DNA of 64,000 bases. Origin: Octopus bimaculoides. Taxonomy: Eukaryota. The notes beneath the pieces were generated by a model that saw nothing but the letters and a program-made list of their open reading frames with translations, had not been told where the DNA came from and ran no database searches. Positions 62,300 to 64,000 of the stretch are shown in pieces (position 1 is the first letter of the stretch; each line of letters opens with the position of its first letter). The stretch lies in assembly GCF_001194135.2 (NCBI RefSeq), contig NC_068987.1:74992911-75056910 (forward strand), read 5' to 3'. Both the position numbers and the translations under genes were made by a program.

Positions 62300-63454
62300 A
62301 GATGAACGCTTCTTCCTTCTATCTGCATGCAGCATACTTGCTCTATTATTCACTTACGCACTTAACTCTGCCTATCCCTCTCTGTTCCTATACTTTTCCT
62401 CTTTCCCTTCTTTTGACTCCCTGAAATTTTTCTTCCTCTCCGTCCCTTTCCATGTACACTACAATGCATCTACATCTCTTTTCATGTGCATCTTGTTTCA
62501 AGGAAGCCTGTTTCAAGGAAGCATGTTTCAAGAAAGAATGCTCAACAGAATCACAGTAACAACAGCAGCAACAAAGTTATCTATACTTACCGTGTCGTAA
62601 ATGTTCCCTGTATCAGTTTGAAAAACACTTCTGGATTGTTTAGAAACTTCTTTTGGGATTATAGTCTTTCTGCGACTATTGACTGTTTTTATTTGTTTAG
62701 CATCTTTCGATATCTTAGCATTTGACTTATGTAGTCGTTTTGAGTTATCTGTACGCAATGCCCTGAGTTCGTTGAATGTATTTCGTTCAGCACTTAATTT
62801 CCTTGGTTTATTGCGTATTTTATAAAAGTTTTCCCTTTTTCTTTGGTGGACGTCATATAATTTGGCTGTAACTTGCAATATCTTTCGTTTCTCTGGTTTT
62901 GAAAGATTATTTATCTGATTACTGTTAGAAAATACTCGTTTTATTTGATCCAAACGTCCTTTAGACGCACTTGTCTTTCTTATTCGATGATTCTTTGTGG
63001 TAACTAATGTATATTTAGAAGCAATACCTCTTTGGTTCAAGACATCCATATTTCCCTTGTGGCTATCAAACAGTAGATTGAATTTCGATTTCCCGTGTTT
63101 CTCAAGATCTTTATTGCTTATTCTTTCAACTTCTATTGGTTTTACCAAATTTTCCTGAATTTTCATGGGTTTCTGGAAGACGTTTCGTTTAAATTCTACC
63201 GTGGGACTAGCAATGCCATGAATACCATCATCGTCTCGATTCCAGAAAGCATTTACCATTGCAATTTCACGAGCATTACTTTGATTTGGTTTGTTTTTCG
63301 ATACTGTTGTCGTCTTTAATTTAGGATTTGAAGACAAACTGTATTCTGGTTCTAATACTCGTTTTTCAAAGATATGGGCATGTTGGGTTGATGATGCTTG
63401 TCTAGTAAAAGTATTGACAAAGAATTTCTTGAAATTTGTTGGTAAATGGATATG
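31114..63454 (-). CDS. Uncharacterised multi-exon gene: low-complexity stem plus two tandem methyltransferase-like/kinase-like modules (both ends unresolved)
   Basis: About 20 GT-AG exons with matching phases (two junctions uncertain), about 1000 codons. The two halves align to each other. Module 2 has the DxxPxN and IDYD kinase-type motifs. The product assignment is inference. Confidence 0.85.
31917..31984 (-). CDS. Gene 2 exon
   Basis: ctattacag| and |gtaagt; LLALLMNYKRTVTDFGQCKGNS; phase 0 to 2. Confidence 0.85.
32108..32925 (+). pseudogene. Mariner transposon 5' part, decayed transposase
   Basis: Starts TA-ttgggttg; peptides EDKPRPGRSVEL, KWVPHKL and IVTGDEKWVLY with stops; truncated by an insertion and gap. 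Confidence 0.85.
32928..33112. mobile_element. GC-rich LTR-like fragment truncated by gap
   Basis: Abrupt GC-rich segment starting TGTGG with short gagctgac repeats; identity uncertain. Confidence 0.3.
34810..34892 (-). CDS. Gene 2 exon with IDYD (DFG-equivalent) motif
   Basis: ttttctttag| and |gtaaca; (V)FSAGHLEYIDYDTRNKTYTSLVPLLYQ; phase 1 to 0. Confidence 0.9.
35322..35435 (-). CDS. Gene 2 exon with kinase-type catalytic loop DMAPWN
   Basis: ttattttgcag| and |gtacaa; (T)ITLITLLRSGLLPKIRHKLYKNFLQLPLYEDMAPWNI; phase 1 to 1. Confidence 0.9.
36112..36253 (-). CDS. Gene 2 exon, module 2
   Basis: tttaaag| and |gtaagt; VDHHFESFRDGHSRKYSLHC...GFIIPYGDVH; phase 0 to 1. Confidence 0.87.
37521..37643 (-). 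CDS. Gene 2 exon, module 2
   Basis: atgtttcag| and |gtagga; DNQTDKSIQ...PWNLVRIDVKHLIRQ; ends at the same aligned position as the LQRE exon of module 1. Confidence 0.8.
38316..38373 (-). CDS. Gene 2 exon, module 2
   Basis: tttctttcag| and |gtaagt; SDNHPLNIFKITDQKLLFK; phase 2 to 0; upstream partner uncertain. Confidence 0.6.
38728..40006 (-). mobile_element. Full-length mariner transposon, decayed transposase
   Basis: About 30-bp imperfect TIRs with TA on both flanks. Fragments include TQDETWVHHYDPETK and HPSYSPDLTPSDFHLF; the ORF is broken and LLQKNAP replaces the usual LLxDNA. Confidence 0.9.
40944..41002 (-). CDS. Gene 2 candidate exon
   Basis: actttcag|; PFVLRSNMLLSFQEWINEI; bridges phase 0 to 2, but the donor (gtatct) is weak. 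Confidence 0.35.
41385..41465 (-). CDS. Gene 2 exon, module 2
   Basis: aatttttag| and |gtattt; ILSLAMVTFYPESQWNPYQTEHPDESQ; phase 0 to 0. Confidence 0.75.
41762..42468 (+). mobile_element. RTE-clade LINE 3' end with (GAT)n tail
   Basis: MLRWMCSVSVHV*QNILREKLGIKVIRCGVQER...RRGRVKKTWDEVVKHDL matches the RTE ORF C-terminus, followed by the common 3' repeat and (GAT)n. Confidence 0.82.
42479..42642. mobile_element. 164-bp element with 17-bp inverted termini and a hammerhead remnant
   Basis: aaggttgtttgttatgg (42479-42495) and ccataacaaacaacctt (42626-42642) are perfect reverse complements. Confidence 0.55.
42505..42548 (-). ncRNA. Degenerate (probably inactive) type-I hammerhead motif
   Basis: GAGT-CTGATGA-GTCAC(TTTATAG)GTGC-AAAA-CC(AAT)GG-TC-GCTC; canonical left core, G12 changed to A, 1-nt gap in stem II. 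Confidence 0.5.
42760..43194. repeat. Inverted duplication arm A (contains coding exon 42926-43041)
   Basis: Reverse complement of 45786-46170 apart from a 50-nt indel and 7 substitutions. Confidence 0.95.
42926..43041 (-). CDS. Gene 2 exon, module 2 (the exon with an inverted copy)
   Basis: ttctttctggttgtag| and |gtaaca; (G)YESFLNLVDSYSKQQLNSMLNIMVSLSISTFILQPSAK; aligns with LGQLLSLAEVSVLELP of module 1. Confidence 0.85.
44538..44741 (-). CDS. Gene 2 exon, module 2
   Basis: ccctcaccag| and |gtaagt; KIITELATIYKNSTFIAMVQ...WKLLKSPEFLRFQYI; phase 1 to 1. Confidence 0.88.
44942..45079. repeat. 57-bp stem / 24-nt loop hairpin
   Basis: 44942-44998 and 45023-45079 are reverse complements with 2 mismatches. 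Confidence 0.95.
45139..45325. mobile_element. hAT-type MITE
   Basis: 13-bp perfect TIRs cagtgctctgtga; 8-bp flanks atctagat / tttgagat (imperfect TSD). Confidence 0.5.
45786..46170 (+). pseudogene. Inverted duplication arm B: antisense, 50-nt-deleted copy of a gene 2 exon with both splice sites
   Basis: The exon copy at 45939-46004 (66 nt against 116 nt) keeps ggttgtag| and |gtaaca. Confidence 0.92.
47011..47076 (-). CDS. Gene 2 exon, start of module 2 (acceptor uncertain)
   Basis: Donor |gtaggt; EVLAKETKLSTDFSFMEYNSK(G). Possible exon starts are 47083 (AAG acceptor, phase 0), 47076 or 47040 (both phase 1). Confidence 0.7.
48000..48234 (+). mobile_element. Probable non-autonomous Helitron 3' end
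   Basis: GC-rich cgggccacgccggg followed by terminal CTAG at 48231-48234; the 5' boundary was not defined. Confidence 0.4.
48243..48744 (-). mobile_element. RTE-tail repeat, longer copy truncated by gap
   Basis: Same 3' end as the 12505 copy plus about 200 nt of further upstream sequence. Confidence 0.8.
49375..49429 (-). CDS. Gene 2 candidate linker exon
   Basis: ITTKSKNYIDLNKRILPH resembles IVTEEKRFDRLWKTIQH of module 1 and bridges phase 0 to 1, but the donor (gttact) is weak. Confidence 0.3.
49705..49861 (-). CDS. Gene 2 exon, degenerate kinase-like segment of module 1
   Basis: tatttgacag| and |gtaact; (R)KRLLKNYLSLSVQPNMCPSYIEWDYKGLTYCSWNKENINYNKLFYNELSDIK; donor choice uncertain. Confidence 0.8.
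50339..50496 (-). CDS. Gene 2 exon, module 1
   Basis: gtctttttag| and |gtaagg; VNFYCNQSK...NRIGLPVLLSLNLKEYE; phase 0 to 2. Confidence 0.85.
53663..53785 (-). CDS. Gene 2 exon, module 1
   Basis: tttccactgcag| and |gtaagt; SFINRAVTSVNGIVQEIVILKTDNFRQPTVLLVKMEYLQRE; phase 0 to 0. Confidence 0.82.
53971..54905 (+). mobile_element. Internally deleted mariner copy interrupted by a composite SINE
   Basis: Same 5' end as the 32108 element; peptide ETMPHPPYSPDIAPSDY; SINE insertion at 54012-54403 with aattgca duplicated on both sides. Confidence 0.8.
54012..54403 (+). mobile_element. Composite family D SINE inside mariner
   Basis: Two related units, flanked by the 7-bp duplication aattgca. Single or partial family D copies near 36270, 37680, 43170, 46525, 55000, 55225 and 61221. 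Confidence 0.8.
56059..56247 (-). CDS. Gene 2 exon, module 1
   Basis: ccttcag| and |gttagt; VLDQHIFSNVLPLKERFVNHLGQLLSLAEVSVLELPPFDHFIEVSYLFGIDMFKVHSQKYWIK. Confidence 0.87.
56927..57023 (-). CDS. Gene 2 exon, module 1
   Basis: ttcttccag| and |gtaaga; (R)NVLTTNVMTAVNDVDADVVATLYSKASLFKFQ; phase 2 to 0. Confidence 0.82.
57062..57428 (+). mobile_element. Candidate non-autonomous rolling-circle (Helentron/HINE-like) element
   Basis: Internal (CAAA)n and a terminal ccgcc...ggcgg hairpin followed by aagtaa; family assignment from general resemblance only. Confidence 0.35.
58832..59191 (+). mobile_element. Composite (dimeric) tRNA-derived SINE, family D
   Basis: Two related units head-to-tail, flanked by the 15-bp TSD acatattgtcgctgg (58817-58831 and 59192-59206). 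Confidence 0.85.
59350..59458 (-). CDS. Gene 2 exon, module 1
   Basis: ttttcag| and |gtaagt; (G)SLHMTFFAAKIGLLYPQSVIVNVVLQKHAIAMESY; phase 1 to 2. Confidence 0.85.
59812..60500. repeat. Degenerate tandem array, about four units
   Basis: Recurrent aaatttcattaaaa...aagttatg.ggaaacaaagt and aaattccg.t.taatcg blocks. Confidence 0.7.
60542..60855 (-). mobile_element. tRNA-derived SINE (family B), 5' truncated
   Basis: Matches 2053-2360. A 3' fragment of the same family is at 1-40 (+). Confidence 0.85.
61499..61604 (-). CDS. Gene 2 exon, start of module 1
   Basis: tacttag| and |gtaaga; IVTEEKRFDRLWKTIQHLFPSEWNAGKSGFTMLTF(G); phase 0 to 1. Confidence 0.82.
61805..61847 (+). ncRNA. Minimal type-I hammerhead ribozyme motif, U3-A8 core variant
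   Basis: AATAT-TTGATAA-GATG(GACGTACA)CATC-GAAA-CCGG-TA-ATATT. All three stems are present; predicted cleavage after GUA at 61842. Confidence 0.7.
62076..62116 (+). ncRNA. Minimal type-I hammerhead ribozyme motif, U3-A8 core variant
   Basis: AAAT-TTGATAA-ACCTA(CAAGAC)TAGGT-GAAA-GCGC-TA-ATTT; predicted cleavage after CUA at 62112; stem I is only 4 A-U pairs. Confidence 0.62.
62495..62537. repeat. 15-bp tandem repeat x3
   Basis: tgtttcaaggaagc(c/a) units. Confidence 0.85.
62591..63454 (-). CDS. Gene 2 large exon, Lys/Ser/Asn-rich stem
   Basis: tttgcag| and |gtaagt; 288 codons HIHLPT...GNIYDT within ORF 62528-63460; phase 0 to 0. Confidence 0.85.
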
Positions 63455-63621
63455 CTGCAAATATATAGAAATATTTCAGATTTTTACTAGTTATGCCAAT
63501 ATTTCTAGCAAAGCAGGAGAAAAATCAGGCTCTCAAAAATAATTACTCCCTTATACGTATACAGAGTAAATACAAAATTGCTATCTATCGGATGTACTAG
63601 TTATATATATATATATATATA

Positions 63622-63676
63622 TAGAATGGTCTATAATAGCTAGAATGGTCTATAATAGAATGGTCTATAATAGCTA
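63622..63676. repeat. 15-19-bp tandem repeat x3
   Basis: tagaatggtctataa(tagc) units. Confidence 0.85.
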
Positions 63677-63912
63677 GATCAATGCCATATGAGAGAGGAA
63701 GAAAGTATTGTTCGCTCTGTACGGTGGAACTGTACCACATACTCTTCTCTAAGGATAAATTGATTAATAAAGTAAAGAATAATGCTCTGAAATGTACGCA
63801 TATCATAAGAGGTACATTTCGTTGGTATAAATGATCTCAAGATGTGATGAAGTACAGCATGATGTCTCATGTGTGTGCAATTATGCATATATGGATGAGT
63901 GCATAAAAGATA

Positions 63913-63943
<31 letters not shown>

Positions 63944-64000
63944 TGTATGTATATATGTATATGTATATATATATGTGTGTATATATATCTGTGTATGTAT

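Noticed and set aside
1-64000. CRISPR arrays, rRNA or tRNA genes, operons
   Set aside because: None seen; the tRNA-like A/B boxes belong to SINE heads, and the window is intron-rich eukaryotic DNA.

Overview
This is AT-rich, repeat-dense animal genomic DNA with N gaps. The repeat families and (TA)n/(GAT)n microsatellites suggest an octopus (inference). Two convergent multi-exon genes can be rebuilt by hand from splice sites and reading-frame continuity. (1) On the + strand, ten coding exons (2996-21315, 639 codons plus stop, 5' end not found) encode microcephalin (MCPH1): the end of BRCT1, the CMQPK motif, a long Ser-rich linker, and tandem BRCT2/BRCT3. (2) On the - strand, about 20 exons (63454-31114, roughly 1000 aa, both ends unresolved) encode an uncharacterised protein. 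It has a Lys/Ser/Asn-rich stem, then two tandem modules, each a degenerate SAM-methyltransferase-like region followed by a kinase-like region. Module 2 keeps DMAPWN...IDYD; module 1 has lost these residues. The layout recalls the bacterial methyltransferase-kinase WbdD. The introns and intergenic DNA hold five minimal type-I hammerhead-ribozyme-like motifs, two of them with a complete core carrying the U3-A8 compensatory variant. They also hold an inverted copy of one coding exon able to form about 385 bp of dsRNA, a 57-bp hairpin, mariner elements, MITEs, a Helitron helicase fossil, RTE LINE 3' ends and three SINE families. All coordinates were derived by eye; no database search was run.
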